This document shows positions 17,583 to 27,608 of a stretch of 64,000 nucleotides of DNA, piece by piece (the stretch's first letter is position 1; each line of letters opens with the position of its first letter). Under the pieces are notes generated by a model. It made no database searches and was not told the DNA's origin. It saw nothing but the letters and a program-made list of their open reading frames with translations. A program made the position numbers and the translations under genes. The stretch covers positions 11,166-75,165 of the forward strand of contig JBBSZC010000004.1 in NCBI GenBank assembly GCA_038044925.1, read 5' to 3'. Origin of the DNA: Nanobdellota archaeon (lineage in GTDB: Archaea; Nanobdellota; Nanobdellia; Pacearchaeales; GW2011-AR1).

Positions 17583-19325
17583 ATGAAAAAAACAATCAAA
17601 CTCAAGGGAATGAGCTGCAACTCGTGTTCAATGCTTATAGAGAAATCACTTAAGGACAAAGTTAATAATGTATCTGCAAGTTTCTCAAAAGAAGAAGTAG
17701 AAGTAGATTTTGATGAAAATAAGATATCTGAAAAAGAGATTATTGAAGAAATTGAAAAAATAGGTTATGAATGCGAGAATTGTGAAATAATTGATTCCGA
17801 AGAGGATATTGAGAATTTAACTAAACAAAGAAAAGACCTAAAAGATCTATTTTTGAATGAGGAGATTTCTTCCGAACAATATGAGAATTTAAAAAAAGAA
17901 GTAGATGTGAAGATTTCAAAATTAGAAGAAAAAAAAAGAAAACAAGTTAAAAAATCAAATGATGGACATAACAAAGATGATTTAATAAAAAATTCTAAAG
18001 TAAACTATTCAGAAAGCCATAAAAAATCAAAGAAACATAATGAAGAGATAGAATCTTCAGAAGAGACTGCTTCAAAAAAGAATTTCTTTTCAAACTATAG
18101 CACTTCTGATAAAATAGGATTTGTTTTTGCTATTCTTTCTTTTCTTTTACTAGTATTCGTATTGTATCATTTCTTTTTAGGGCATATTAAAATTCCAGAA
18201 GTTGCGCTACCGCAAGTTGGAGACAAAGTCGGATTAGGATTATTATTTCTTGTAGGAATCTTAACTGGATTTCATTGCGTATCAATGTGCGGAGGCTTTG
18301 TTGTTTCATATACTGCTAAAAATGCATTAAATGGACATAAGAGCTATGGACAGCATCTTGCTTATGGCGGTGCAAAAGTTATTTCTTATACAATAATTGG
18401 AGGAGTGTTTGGGTTAATTGGTGGAATATTCGCATTTAGCATTGGACTTCGGGCAGGAGTTGCAATATTTGCAGGAATATTTATGGTATTTTATTCTTTA
18501 AGCATGTTTGGATTCAAGTTTTTTAGAAGATTTCAATTAAATCCAAAATTTTTGACAAAGTATACAATGAAAGCATCAGCTAATGCTAAAGGTCCGTATA
18601 AAGGTCCTATTGTTACAGGATTGTTAAATGGTCTATTTATTGCATGCGGTCCGCTTCAAGCAATGTATCTTTATGCTGCAGGAACCGGAAGCTTTGCAGG
18701 TGGAGCAACTGCCATGGCAGTTTTCGGATTAGGAACACTTCCTGTAATGATTAGTTTTGGAGCTTTTGCTTCTGTAATTAGCCATAAAACAACTCAGAAA
18801 ATATTGAAAATTTCAGCTGTGATTGTATTAATATTAGGATTAATAATGTTAAATAGAGGATTGTCTATGATTGGAAGCCCGTATAGTTTTTCATCAATTC
18901 AATCAAAGCTGGCTGGAAACTCTGCAGTGGCAGGAGGAACATCGGCGGTTTTAACAGATGGAGGAGTTCAGGAAGTTAATATGGATGTTTCTGGATCAGG
19001 ATATTCACCAAATTCTTTTGTATTAAAAAAAGGCGTTCCTGTTAAATGGAATGTTAATGTAAAACAATTAACAGGTTGTAATCAAGAATTAGTATTAAAT
19101 CAGTATGGCATTGATAAAAATTTGAAGGATGGTTTGAATGTTATTGAATTCACACCAGATAAAGTAGGAACAATTACATTTAGCTGTGGAATGGGAATGC
19201 TTAAAGGAAGTTTTATTGTAACTGAAACAGGAACCGCAAACCAAGAACAAGTTAAAGCTGCAACACCGCCAAAGGGAATGCAATGCGGAGGAGCTAGTGG
19301 TGGAGGATGCGGTTGTGGAGGTTAA
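17583..19325 (+). CDS. heavy-metal membrane protein: HMA + TauE/DsbD_2 (UreH-like) + cupredoxin domain
   Basis: GMSCNSC, HCVSMCGG, IACGPLQ, C-terminal FSCGMGM. Confidence 0.88.
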   Translation: MKKTIKLKGMSCNSCSMLIEKSLKDKVNNVSASFSKEEVEVDFDENKISEKEIIEEIEKIGYECENCEIIDSEEDIENLTKQRKDLKDLFLNEEISSEQYENLKKEVDVKISKLEEKKRKQVKKSNDGHNKDDLIKNSKVNYSESHKKSKKHNEEIESSEETASKKNFFSNYSTSDKIGFVFAILSFLLLVFVLYHFFLGHIKIPEVALPQVGDKVGLGLLFLVGILTGFHCVSMCGGFVVSYTAKNALNGHKSYGQHLAYGGAKVISYTIIGGVFGLIGGIFAFSIGLRAGVAIFAGIFMVFYSLSMFGFKFFRRFQLNPKFLTKYTMKASANAKGPYKGPIVTGLLNGLFIACGPLQAMYLYAAGTGSFAGGATAMAVFGLGTLPVMISFGAFASVISHKTTQKILKISAVIVLILGLIMLNRGLSMIGSPYSFSSIQSKLAGNSAVAGGTSAVLTDGGVQEVNMDVSGSGYSPNSFVLKKGVPVKWNVNVKQLTGCNQELVLNQYGIDKNLKDGLNVIEFTPDKVGTITFSCGMGMLKGSFIVTETGTANQEQVKAATPPKGMQCGGASGGGCGCGG

Positions 19326-19326
19326 T

Positions 19327-19581
19327 ATGAAAAAAATCAATCTTGTTATTCTTTTTGCATTTTTAATTAGTCTAAGCTTAATTGCAAATATTTCCGCTCT
19401 TGAAAATAATGCTAATAGTTGTCTGATGGGAGGAGTAATGTATGGATTTAATGGGAGTTATGGTTCAGGAACAATGATCTTGAGCTGGACTGTCTCTATA
19501 CTACTGATTGTGCTAATTATTGCTGGAATTTATTGGTTTATAAAATCTGCAAATAATAAAACTTCCGGAGGTAAAAAATGA
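19327..19581 (+). CDS. small membrane protein
   Basis: Signal-like N-terminus, Met/Gly segment, TM helix; GGAGG upstream. Confidence 0.7.
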   Translation: MKKINLVILFAFLISLSLIANISALENNANSCLMGGVMYGFNGSYGSGTMILSWTVSILLIVLIIAGIYWFIKSANNKTSGGKK

Positions 19582-19769
19582 AAGCAAATTTAAATATCAA
19601 AGGAATGCACTGCAAAAGTTGCGTTAAATTAATTGAAAGCGAGTTTCAAGATAAAGTTAATAGAATAAAGGTTGAAGAAAATGGCAAAGCTACTATTGAC
19701 TTTGACGAGAAAAAGATAAGTCTTCAGAATATCAAAGACACTATAAAAGAACTGGGCTATCAAGCTTAA
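19578..19769 (+). CDS. copZ: copper chaperone (HMA, CopZ-like)
   Basis: GMHCKSC..LGY. Confidence 0.85.
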   Translation: MKANLNIKGMHCKSCVKLIESEFQDKVNRIKVEENGKATIDFDEKKISLQNIKDTIKELGYQA

Positions 19770-19781
19770 TTATAAATCAAA

Positions 19782-20312
19782 ATGGCAGAAAAAACAAGAT
19801 GTGAAGAATGTGATAGAAATTTTCCAAGTTTGGATGCGTTATCAATGCATAACACCGCTAAACATAGTTCTACAATCGTAGAGAAAAAGAGATTATCAAA
19901 AAAATCAATTATGACCCTAGTGATTATAGCAATAATTTTGATTAGTGGTTTTTGGTTTGTTTATAATTCTTCAGGAAGAAATACTACTGGCAATGTAGTT
20001 AATGAAAATACTCTCAAAGATAATAAGGATAGCTCTAATCCATCAACAAATAACGAAATACAAAAAATAACATTAAGCATGAAGAACAATTATTATCCAA
20101 ATACTATTACTGTAAAATCCGGAGTTCCAGTTGAAATAACTTTAGATAGCAGTGTTGGAGGTTGTTATAGATCATTTAGTATACCTAAATTGGGTGTTTC
20201 TAAACGTTCGTCTAACCCTTCAGATACAATAAAGTTTACTCCAAGTCAAAAAGGAACTTTTAGATATCAATGCAGTATGGGCATGGGAACTGGAACTATA
20301 ATTGTAGAGTAA
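19782..20312 (+). CDS. C2H2 zinc finger + TM + cupredoxin-domain protein
   Basis: CEECDRNF..HNTAKH, TM helix, YQCSMGM. Confidence 0.8.
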   Translation: MAEKTRCEECDRNFPSLDALSMHNTAKHSSTIVEKKRLSKKSIMTLVIIAIILISGFWFVYNSSGRNTTGNVVNENTLKDNKDSSNPSTNNEIQKITLSMKNNYYPNTITVKSGVPVEITLDSSVGGCYRSFSIPKLGVSKRSSNPSDTIKFTPSQKGTFRYQCSMGMGTGTIIVE

Positions 20313-20337
20313 AAAAGAAAGGAGGTTAAAAAACAAA

Positions 20338-20694
20338 ATGAATAAAACAGCAGTTATTATTGGGGTTGTGGCGATACTTTTAGTAAGCAGTATTTTTGTG
20401 TTGAAATCCTTTACAGGAAATTCTATTCAAGAAAAGGATGTAAAAGAATTTACAATTAAAGCATTTAGATTTGGCTACGCTCCCGGCACAATAACAGTAA
20501 ATCAAGGAGACAAAGTTAAACTAATAATAAATAATACAGATACTCTTCATGGAATAAGAATACCTGACTTAGCCGTTAGGGGAGATGAAATTTTAGAGTT
20601 TACAGCAGATAAACAAGGAGAATTTACTTGGTATTGCGCTAATATGTGTGGAAAAGACCATATGCAAATGCAAGGTAAATTATTAGTGAAATAA
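20338..20694 (+). CDS. membrane-anchored cupredoxin with a CuA-type motif
   Basis: HG...YCANMCGKDHMQM as in COX2/NosZ CuA sites. Confidence 0.82.
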   Translation: MNKTAVIIGVVAILLVSSIFVLKSFTGNSIQEKDVKEFTIKAFRFGYAPGTITVNQGDKVKLIINNTDTLHGIRIPDLAVRGDEILEFTADKQGEFTWYCANMCGKDHMQMQGKLLVK

Positions 20695-20695
20695 G

Positions 20696-20920
20696 ATGAT
20701 ATTGATAATAGGGCAAACACTTATTTATTGGACAGGAATACTAACCGGGATTTTCTTTATTTTTTCTTTTTTAGGGTGTTGTTGTCATACTAAACTTTGC
20801 AAATATTCTATTTTCGGAAAAGTAGGAAAGTATCATAAATTTTTTATTTATCTTGCTTTATTATTTTTTATCATACATGCATCTCTTGCAATAATGACTA
20901 AATTTGGAGTAATCATTTAG
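20696..20920 (+). CDS. small membrane protein
   Basis: Two TM helices, CCCH and His residues. Confidence 0.65.
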   Translation: MILIIGQTLIYWTGILTGIFFIFSFLGCCCHTKLCKYSIFGKVGKYHKFFIYLALLFFIIHASLAIMTKFGVII

Positions 20921-20963
20921 AACCGAAAGGTTTAAATACTTGAACAATTGTTCAATTAATACA

Positions 20964-21344
20964 ATGAAACAAACACAAGAAACAAAACAACCAGCAGACA
21001 AGAAGGTCATTCAGTTTTTTTCTAGCCTTGCCGACGAAACAAGACTAAAAATATTGTTAAGCCTGACAAAGGGTCCAAAAACTGTTAATGGGATATATGA
21101 TTATGTTGGAAGAGAAAAAGTATCATTATCTGCTATTTCACATCAATTAAAATTTTTAAGCGATATAGACATGGTCCAACATAAAAGAAATGGTCAGGAA
21201 AAGAATTTCGAGTTATCAAATGATTTCTGTTGGTGTATAATAAGAGATGTTTTCAAACACTTTGATGGAAATTCAAAAAAATTCAATGAGTGCTGCGGAT
21301 GTTCAGATAAAAAATCAGAGAAAAGAGGGGGAGGACAAGATTAA
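20964..21344 (+). CDS. ArsR/SmtB family metal-sensing regulator
   Basis: LADETRLKIL, SAISHQLK.L, Cys-rich tail. Confidence 0.9.
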   Translation: MKQTQETKQPADKKVIQFFSSLADETRLKILLSLTKGPKTVNGIYDYVGREKVSLSAISHQLKFLSDIDMVQHKRNGQEKNFELSNDFCWCIIRDVFKHFDGNSKKFNECCGCSDKKSEKRGGGQD

Positions 21345-21963
21345 AAAGACAAATGTTTCAACAAACCCCATTAGCGGAAAAATAATTGCGATTGTATTGA
21401 CAGTTGCAATATTGATCATAGGAACTTTCTTTTATTTTATTGCTAGTGGCAATTCTAGCGGGGCTGTTGTAAGTAATTCTGGAGAAATGAATTCAAATGT
21501 TCCTCAAGAACAGATGAAAACTAATGATAATTCTAATACTATCGGAAGCAATCTAGAAGAACCAATGAATGGTAAGGGTTCTAGTGAAGAAGAAACGCAA
21601 AATTCTAATTCTCTATTCAATCATATTTTGCAGGAAAATAAAATTTATATTAAAATAAATTCTGAAGGAATGCAAAAGTTGTTTTATTATTCTCCAGTCA
21701 ATGAACCAATTAATGTTCCATTATCAGAAGGAAATATCGGAGAATATCAAATTCATTCTATTGGCGGGCAAAAATATTATCCTTTAATTGTGGGCTATGA
21801 AGAAGCCAAAATAATGAGACAAGAGGGTCTTTTTTCTAATATTGGAGACCCAATTAAAAATTTCTTTGGAAAAAATGTTGTAATAGTCGGAGTAATGCAA
21901 AGAACAGGCGGAATGATGGATATGGTTCATTTAATACCTTTAAGTGAAGGAGAGTGGAATTAA
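21340..21963 (+). CDS. membrane-anchored hypothetical protein (start uncertain, possibly ATT)
   Basis: TM helix then low-complexity linker; GGAGG 5 nt before ATT at 21340. Confidence 0.65.
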   Translation: MKKTNVSTNPISGKIIAIVLTVAILIIGTFFYFIASGNSSGAVVSNSGEMNSNVPQEQMKTNDNSNTIGSNLEEPMNGKGSSEEETQNSNSLFNHILQENKIYIKINSEGMQKLFYYSPVNEPINVPLSEGNIGEYQIHSIGGQKYYPLIVGYEEAKIMRQEGLFSNIGDPIKNFFGKNVVIVGVMQRTGGMMDMVHLIPLSEGEWN

Positions 21964-21964
21964 A

Positions 21965-24157
21965 ATGGTTCAAAAACTTAACCTTAGCATTACTGGAATG
22001 CATTGTCAAAGTTGCGTAACTTTATTGACAAAGGGGATTCAAAGAGACCCGGGAGTAAAGTATGTAAATGTTAATTATGCAACTGAAAAAGCCGCTGTGG
22101 AATTTGATGAGTCTAAAACAAATCATGATAAGATAATTCAAATTATTTCAGGATTAGGATACAGCGCAAGACCCATTACAGGAGAAACTAATCCAGAATA
22201 TGAAAATCAAAAGAAACAGGCCGAAATAAAGAAACTAAAAAATACTTTTATATTCAGCTTAATATTTGCATTTCCTGCGTTGATGATAGGTATGGTTTTA
22301 ATGTGGTTTGGAATAGATGTTCCTTATAAAAATTTTATTTTATTTTTGCTTGCAACGCCTGTCCAATTTATTGTAGGATGGGATATTTACAAAAGTGCAT
22401 TTGGAGCATTAAAAAATAAGTCTGCTAATATGGATAGTTTGATCGCTATTGGAACAAGTGCGGCTTATTTCTATAGTCTTTATGTTATTATGTTTAGTCC
22501 AATGGGCGATCAATATTTTGAAGCAGCAGCTGTCCTAATCACATTTGTAATCTTGGGGAGATATTTAGAAGCTGTTGCAAAAGGAAAAACAAGCGAAGCA
22601 ATAAAAAAACTAATGAATCTATCTCCAAAAATAGCAACAGTTATAAGAAATGGGCAAGAAGTCAAGATTCCTGTTGATGAAGTAGTTGTTAATGATGTTG
22701 TAATTGTTAAACCTGGTGAAAAAGTTCCAGTTGATGGCGTAATTATTGAAGGAGAAAGTGCTATTGATGAATCTATGATTACCGGAGAATCAATGCCAAT
22801 TGAAAAAAATAAAGGAGATACTGTTATTGGAGCAACAATCAATAAACATGGTTCGTTTAAATTCAAAGCAACAAAAGTTGGGGCAAATTCTACTTTAGCA
22901 CAAATCATAAAACTAATAGAAGATGCACAGGGAAAGAAAGCTCCAATTCAAAGATTTGCAGATAAAATTTCGGCTTATTTTGTTCCCGCAGTAATCTTAA
23001 TAGCTATCTTATCATTTGTAGTATGGTATTTTGTTGTTGGTCAAACATTTGAATTTTCTTTAATAATTGCAGTTTCTGTTCTAGTTATAGCATGTCCTTG
23101 CGCTTTGGGATTAGCAACTCCAACTGCTATAATGGTTGGAACAGGAAAAGGAGCTGAAAAAGGTATTTTAATCAAAGGCGGAGACGCTCTTGAAACAGCC
23201 CATAAACTTTATGCAGTAGTATTTGATAAAACAGGAACCTTAACTCAAGGAAAACCAGAAGTTACTGATGTTGTATCTGTAAAAAATATGGATGAAGATG
23301 AAGTTTTGAAATTTGCAGCAAGTGTTGAACAATTTAGCGAACATCCATTAGCTCAGGCTATTGTAAACAAGACAAAAGAGAAAAATATCAAATTAGAAGA
23401 CATAAAGAACTTTAAAGCAATCCCAGGACATGGTGTTGAAGGGATGTTAAAAAGAAAGAAAATAATTGTAGGAAAGCCCGAATATATTAGAAAACTTGCA
23501 GGTCTTGGATCATTTGAAAATAAAATTGCAGAACTAGAAGGAAATGGAAAGACTGTTGTTGTTCTTTGCATTGATAAAAAGGTAGAAGGATTCATAGGAA
23601 TTGCAGATACTCCTAGACAAGATTCAATAGAAGCAGTTAAGGAATTGCAAAAACAAAAAATCTATGTTTATATGATTACTGGAGATAATAAAAGAACTGC
23701 TAATGCTATTGCTAAACAATTGGGAATTACGCATGTTATATCTGAAGTTCTTCCTGAAGACAAAGCTAAACATGTTAAAGAATTGCAGAAAAAAGGAAAA
23801 GTTGCAATGGTTGGAGATGGAATTAATGATGCTCCTGCGCTAGCTCGAGCAGATATCGGTATTGCAATTGGTTCTGGAACTGATGTTGCAATGGAAACAG
23901 GCAATGTTGTTTTAATGAATAATAAAACAACAGATGTTGCAAAAGCGATTAAATTAAGCAAGGTTACAATCAGAAAAATAAAACAGAATATGTTCTGGGC
24001 ATTATTCTATAATGCTCTTGGAATACCTATTGCAGCAGGAGCATTATATTCCTCAACAGGCTGGTTATTATCACCAATAATTGCAGGAGGAGCAATGGCT
24101 TTGTCATCAGTTAGTGTTGTTCTAAATACATTAATGATGAAGAGGACTAAAATTTAA
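21965..24157 (+). CDS. copA: copper-translocating P1B-type ATPase
   Basis: GMHCQSC, TGES, CPC, DKTGT, HP, GDGINDAP, YN, MALSS. Confidence 0.97.
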   Translation: MVQKLNLSITGMHCQSCVTLLTKGIQRDPGVKYVNVNYATEKAAVEFDESKTNHDKIIQIISGLGYSARPITGETNPEYENQKKQAEIKKLKNTFIFSLIFAFPALMIGMVLMWFGIDVPYKNFILFLLATPVQFIVGWDIYKSAFGALKNKSANMDSLIAIGTSAAYFYSLYVIMFSPMGDQYFEAAAVLITFVILGRYLEAVAKGKTSEAIKKLMNLSPKIATVIRNGQEVKIPVDEVVVNDVVIVKPGEKVPVDGVIIEGESAIDESMITGESMPIEKNKGDTVIGATINKHGSFKFKATKVGANSTLAQIIKLIEDAQGKKAPIQRFADKISAYFVPAVILIAILSFVVWYFVVGQTFEFSLIIAVSVLVIACPCALGLATPTAIMVGTGKGAEKGILIKGGDALETAHKLYAVVFDKTGTLTQGKPEVTDVVSVKNMDEDEVLKFAASVEQFSEHPLAQAIVNKTKEKNIKLEDIKNFKAIPGHGVEGMLKRKKIIVGKPEYIRKLAGLGSFENKIAELEGNGKTVVVLCIDKKVEGFIGIADTPRQDSIEAVKELQKQKIYVYMITGDNKRTANAIAKQLGITHVISEVLPEDKAKHVKELQKKGKVAMVGDGINDAPALARADIGIAIGSGTDVAMETGNVVLMNNKTTDVAKAIKLSKVTIRKIKQNMFWALFYNALGIPIAAGALYSSTGWLLSPIIAGGAMALSSVSVVLNTLMMKRTKI

Positions 24158-24158
24158 A

Positions 24159-24293
24159 ATGGATTGCTGCAGTTCTACTAAATCAGAAGATTGTTGCGAA
24201 GATAAAACTTTTGCAGTTGCAATGACAATACTAATTTTATTAATTTTGGGCTTGCTTTCATATATTTTCTTTTTTAATGGAGGATTAAGATGA
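24159..24293 (+). CDS. 44-aa Cys-rich single-pass membrane peptide
   Basis: MDCCSSTKSEDCCEDK plus TM helix, 1 nt after the copA stop. Confidence 0.6.
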   Translation: MDCCSSTKSEDCCEDKTFAVAMTILILLILGLLSYIFFFNGGLR

Positions 24294-24335
24294 ATAAAAA
24301 TCATAACTGCAAAAAAAGTAAAAGTAAAAAAAGAT

Positions 24336-24602
24336 TTATTTGGAGTATTTATTATAAATAATAGCAAATACCCATCCTGCAACAAATCCAATTACTGTAA
24401 TGACGACAGTTCCGATCAAACCTTGCATTATATTAGGAGTTGTTTTAATCGCGTTTAAATCAATTCCATGAAAAAATAAATTAAAAAATTTTGTAGAAGA
24501 ATCTCCCAAAAATAAAACTGCTAGCAAACAAAGAATCGATAGAATAAATGTTATTGATGCAAGAGCTATTCCAGTTCCTTTAGGACTAATTTTTTGTGCC
24601 AC
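24336..24602 (-). CDS. small membrane protein (DUF5676-like)
   Basis: ILC..FHGIDL..GWVFAIIYN. Confidence 0.7.
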   Translation of the reverse strand: MAQKISPKGTGIALASITFILSILCLLAVLFLGDSSTKFFNLFFHGIDLNAIKTTPNIMQGLIGTVVITVIGFVAGWVFAIIYNKYSK

Positions 24603-24827
24603 TTTTACCTCCTTATGACTTCAAAGAAATTAACAATTTTAAACCTTTCTGTCTTTTAAAGTTAAACTCTGCAAAATTGGGCAGCAGGGGTACTTAAGAA
24701 TTTTAAATCAGATGTAATCAAAGAAATAATTTTAGTTCTGTTTGATTAGGAAGATTATAATGTTTATAAAAAAGTGCTAGGTTTTTAGAATGAAAACAGA
24801 TTTAAATGAGATTATAATTGATTAACC

Positions 24828-26390
24828 ATGATTGAGTTATTAAAAAAATATTTTGGTTATAATGAATTTAGGCCCATGCAATTAGATATTATAGACCATG
24901 TTCTAAAAAATAAAGATTCTCTTGTGATTATGCCAACAGGCGGTGGAAAGTCTATTTGTTACCAGCTTCCCACATTAAAGTTGGAAGGGCTTACTCTAGT
25001 TATTTCGCCTCTTATCTCTTTAATGAAAGACCAAGTAGATAGTTTAAGAGCGAATGGCATTAATGCAGAGTACATTAATTCAACTCTCTTTCCTGAGGAG
25101 ATTAGTTTAATTCAAGATAAAATTCAAAAAAAAGAAATAAAACTTCTTTATATTGCTCCTGAAAGATTAGCATTAGAAGAGTTTAAAGTATTTTTGAGTA
25201 CATTGCAGATTAGTTTAATTGCTATAGATGAAGCCCATTGTATTTCTGAATGGGGTCATGATTTTCGACCAGAATATAGAAATTTAAAATCTTTAAGAAT
25301 ACTTTTTCCAGACGCCCCCATAATCGCTTTAACCGCAACAGCTACAGAAAGAGTAAGAATAGACATATTAAAACAATTATCCTTAAGAGAGCCTAAACTA
25401 TTCATCTCGAGTTTTAATAGAAAAAATCTAAATTTAATGGTTGTAGAAAAAAAGAAAACTGTGGAAAGGATTATAAAAATGCTTGAAGAATATGCAGATG
25501 AATCAGTTATTATCTACTGTTTTTCTCGTAAGGATTCTGAAAACATTGGTGAAAGATTAAGAAATCATGGATTTGATGCTCTTCCCTATCATGCAGGACT
25601 TGATAATGAAACAAGAAAAAAGAATCAGGACATGTTTATTAAAGATAAAGTTAATATTATTGTAGCAACAATTGCATTTGGAATGGGCATTAATAAACCA
25701 GATGTTAGATTAATTATTCATCATACTTTTCCAAAAACACTTGAAGGTTATTATCAGGAAATAGGAAGGGCAGGAAGGGATGGGCTTTCAAGTGATTGTG
25801 TGCTTTTTTATTCAAGAGGAGATAGAAGAAAGCATGAATTTTTTATTGATAAAATAGAAGATGAAACGACAAAGAACAATGCAAGAACTAAATTAAATCA
25901 GGTCATGAATTATTGTGAAGATCTTTCTTGCAGAAGAAAACAAATACTCAAATATTTTGGAGAGGATTTTTTAGAGGCTAACTGCGGAGCCTGTGATTCC
26001 TGCATGGATTTATCAAAACCTGGGAAAACAGAGCAGAAAGTCTTAATTTCAAAAGAAAAAGGGAAAGTTATAGAATATAACCATGAATTATTTGAGAAAT
26101 TGAGAATTCTAAGAAAGAAGATTGCTACTCAAAGAAATGTTCCTCCTTTTATAATATTCGGAGATGTTTCATTAAGAGAAATGGCTAGCCATCTTCCAAG
26201 TAATAATGAAGAATTCTTAAATATTAAAGGAGTTGGACAGCAAAAATTAAAAGATTTTGGAGACTTGTTTCTAGATGCCATTAAAAACTACCTAAAAGAA
26301 AAAAGAGATGGAGATAATGGGGATATCTTAGATTATGCTCAAGATGAAAATAACTCCGGAACAGATTATCATGAAAGATTAAAAAAATAA
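24828..26390 (+). CDS. recQ: RecQ DNA helicase with HRDC domain
   Basis: MPTGGGKS, DEAHCISEWGHDFRP, ATIAFGMGINKPDVR, QEIGRAGRDG, Zn cysteines, HRDC; a -1 frame HTH extension runs to 26554. Confidence 0.95.
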   Translation: MIELLKKYFGYNEFRPMQLDIIDHVLKNKDSLVIMPTGGGKSICYQLPTLKLEGLTLVISPLISLMKDQVDSLRANGINAEYINSTLFPEEISLIQDKIQKKEIKLLYIAPERLALEEFKVFLSTLQISLIAIDEAHCISEWGHDFRPEYRNLKSLRILFPDAPIIALTATATERVRIDILKQLSLREPKLFISSFNRKNLNLMVVEKKKTVERIIKMLEEYADESVIIYCFSRKDSENIGERLRNHGFDALPYHAGLDNETRKKNQDMFIKDKVNIIVATIAFGMGINKPDVRLIIHHTFPKTLEGYYQEIGRAGRDGLSSDCVLFYSRGDRRKHEFFIDKIEDETTKNNARTKLNQVMNYCEDLSCRRKQILKYFGEDFLEANCGACDSCMDLSKPGKTEQKVLISKEKGKVIEYNHELFEKLRILRKKIATQRNVPPFIIFGDVSLREMASHLPSNNEEFLNIKGVGQQKLKDFGDLFLDAIKNYLKEKRDGDNGDILDYAQDENNSGTDYHERLKK

Positions 26391-26686
26391 GAGAAAGTTA
26401 TGCTAATGCTTATGAACCCTGGAAACAAGAAGAAGATGAAAAATTAAAAATATTAAATTATGAAAATAAAACTATTTCTGAAATTGCACAAATTCTAATG
26501 CGACAGCCTAGTGCGATTAGGTCAAGATTAAGGAAATTTGGTTTAGCAAAGTGATTATGGCAGTAATTTTACACTAAAAGAATAAAAACTTCATGATACA
26601 TAATTTGTAACACATTTTGTAACACTTTTTATATCATTTTACCGACGGTACGCAAAATTTATATAGTTTGAAGTACTAATTATTTT

Positions 26687-26884
26687 ATGAATAAATACTA
26701 CCAAAAGATGATTTATTTTCCTGAAATATTTGGAAATGTAATTGATGAATTTGATAAACTTATTGTAAAAGATCTTAGATACGCAGAACCTAAGATAAAA
26801 GGCAAAGGGTCTTTCAGTAAATTTGTAAGAGTTCGTATGCTTGTCTATATTAAAAGAAGAAACGAGGAATTGATACAGGAGTAG
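26687..26884 (+). CDS. small hypothetical protein, possibly DNA-binding
   Basis: 65-aa ORF with a TATA-like box upstream; SFSKFVR resembles an RHH helix. Confidence 0.5.
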   Translation: MNKYYQKMIYFPEIFGNVIDEFDKLIVKDLRYAEPKIKGKGSFSKFVRVRMLVYIKRRNEELIQE

Positions 26885-26982
26885 AAGGAGAAAGAAAGCA
26901 ATTACCTTCTAATAAAAGGTCTTCTGAGATTCATATTATTTTGTAAAGGTTTTTTGAAACATTTTTGTTTGTGTATTAAAAA

Positions 26983-27273
26983 TTACCATTCAACTTTTAG
27001 ACAAGCAGGAAGTTTCCCTTTCAATCTTTTTTGTTCTGCAAAATAATGTTTTCTACATAAATAACTCCATCCTTTCTTTTTGCTATTTTTCATTGCACAT
27101 GGATAAACTTCTGCATAAGCTATATTTGTGCATTTTCCTTTAAAGTCACAGCATGGAAATTTTTTTCTATTTTTCAATATTTTAAATCTTATTATAGAAT
27201 CTGCTTTTTCATTCTTATTTTTGAGAATTCTTAATTTTCCCTGTTTATCATAATATTTTTTTATAATTTTCAT
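26983..27273 (-). CDS. hypothetical Cys/His-rich protein
   Basis: CCDFKGKC..AYAEVYP..WSYLCRKH. Confidence 0.65.
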   Translation of the reverse strand: MKIIKKYYDKQGKLRILKNKNEKADSIIRFKILKNRKKFPCCDFKGKCTNIAYAEVYPCAMKNSKKKGWSYLCRKHYFAEQKRLKGKLPACLKVEW

Positions 27274-27274
27274 T

Positions 27275-27607
27275 TCAGTAGTGAAACCTTCTTCCATAAT
27301 CTTTATGATTAAACCACTCAAGGATAACTGCTAATATCTGAACTTTATTTGGAGTTTTAATAGTATAAATCAGTCTCCATCTATCTGGCAAATCATATTT
27401 CCAAAGATTATTTATTTGGTATTTTTGTATATATTCTTTTGGAAAAAGTCTTTTTGGAATGGGAATTCCACAAAAAGCATTTTGTTTTATATCCCCTATT
27501 GCTCTCTTAATATACTCTTTAATTTCATCGCTTTCTTCTAATTCAACAAATTCTTTTTCAATCTTATCTTCAGCAAAAACAACTTCAGAGGGTTTTAAAA
27601 ATCTCAT
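27275..27607 (-). CDS. RelE/ParE-superfamily toxin-like protein
   Basis: NLWKYDLP..WRLIYTI, HKDY.R.F.Y. Confidence 0.75.
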   Translation of the reverse strand: MRFLKPSEVVFAEDKIEKEFVELEESDEIKEYIKRAIGDIKQNAFCGIPIPKRLFPKEYIQKYQINNLWKYDLPDRWRLIYTIKTPNKVQILAVILEWFNHKDYGRRFHY

Positions 27608-27608
27608 A

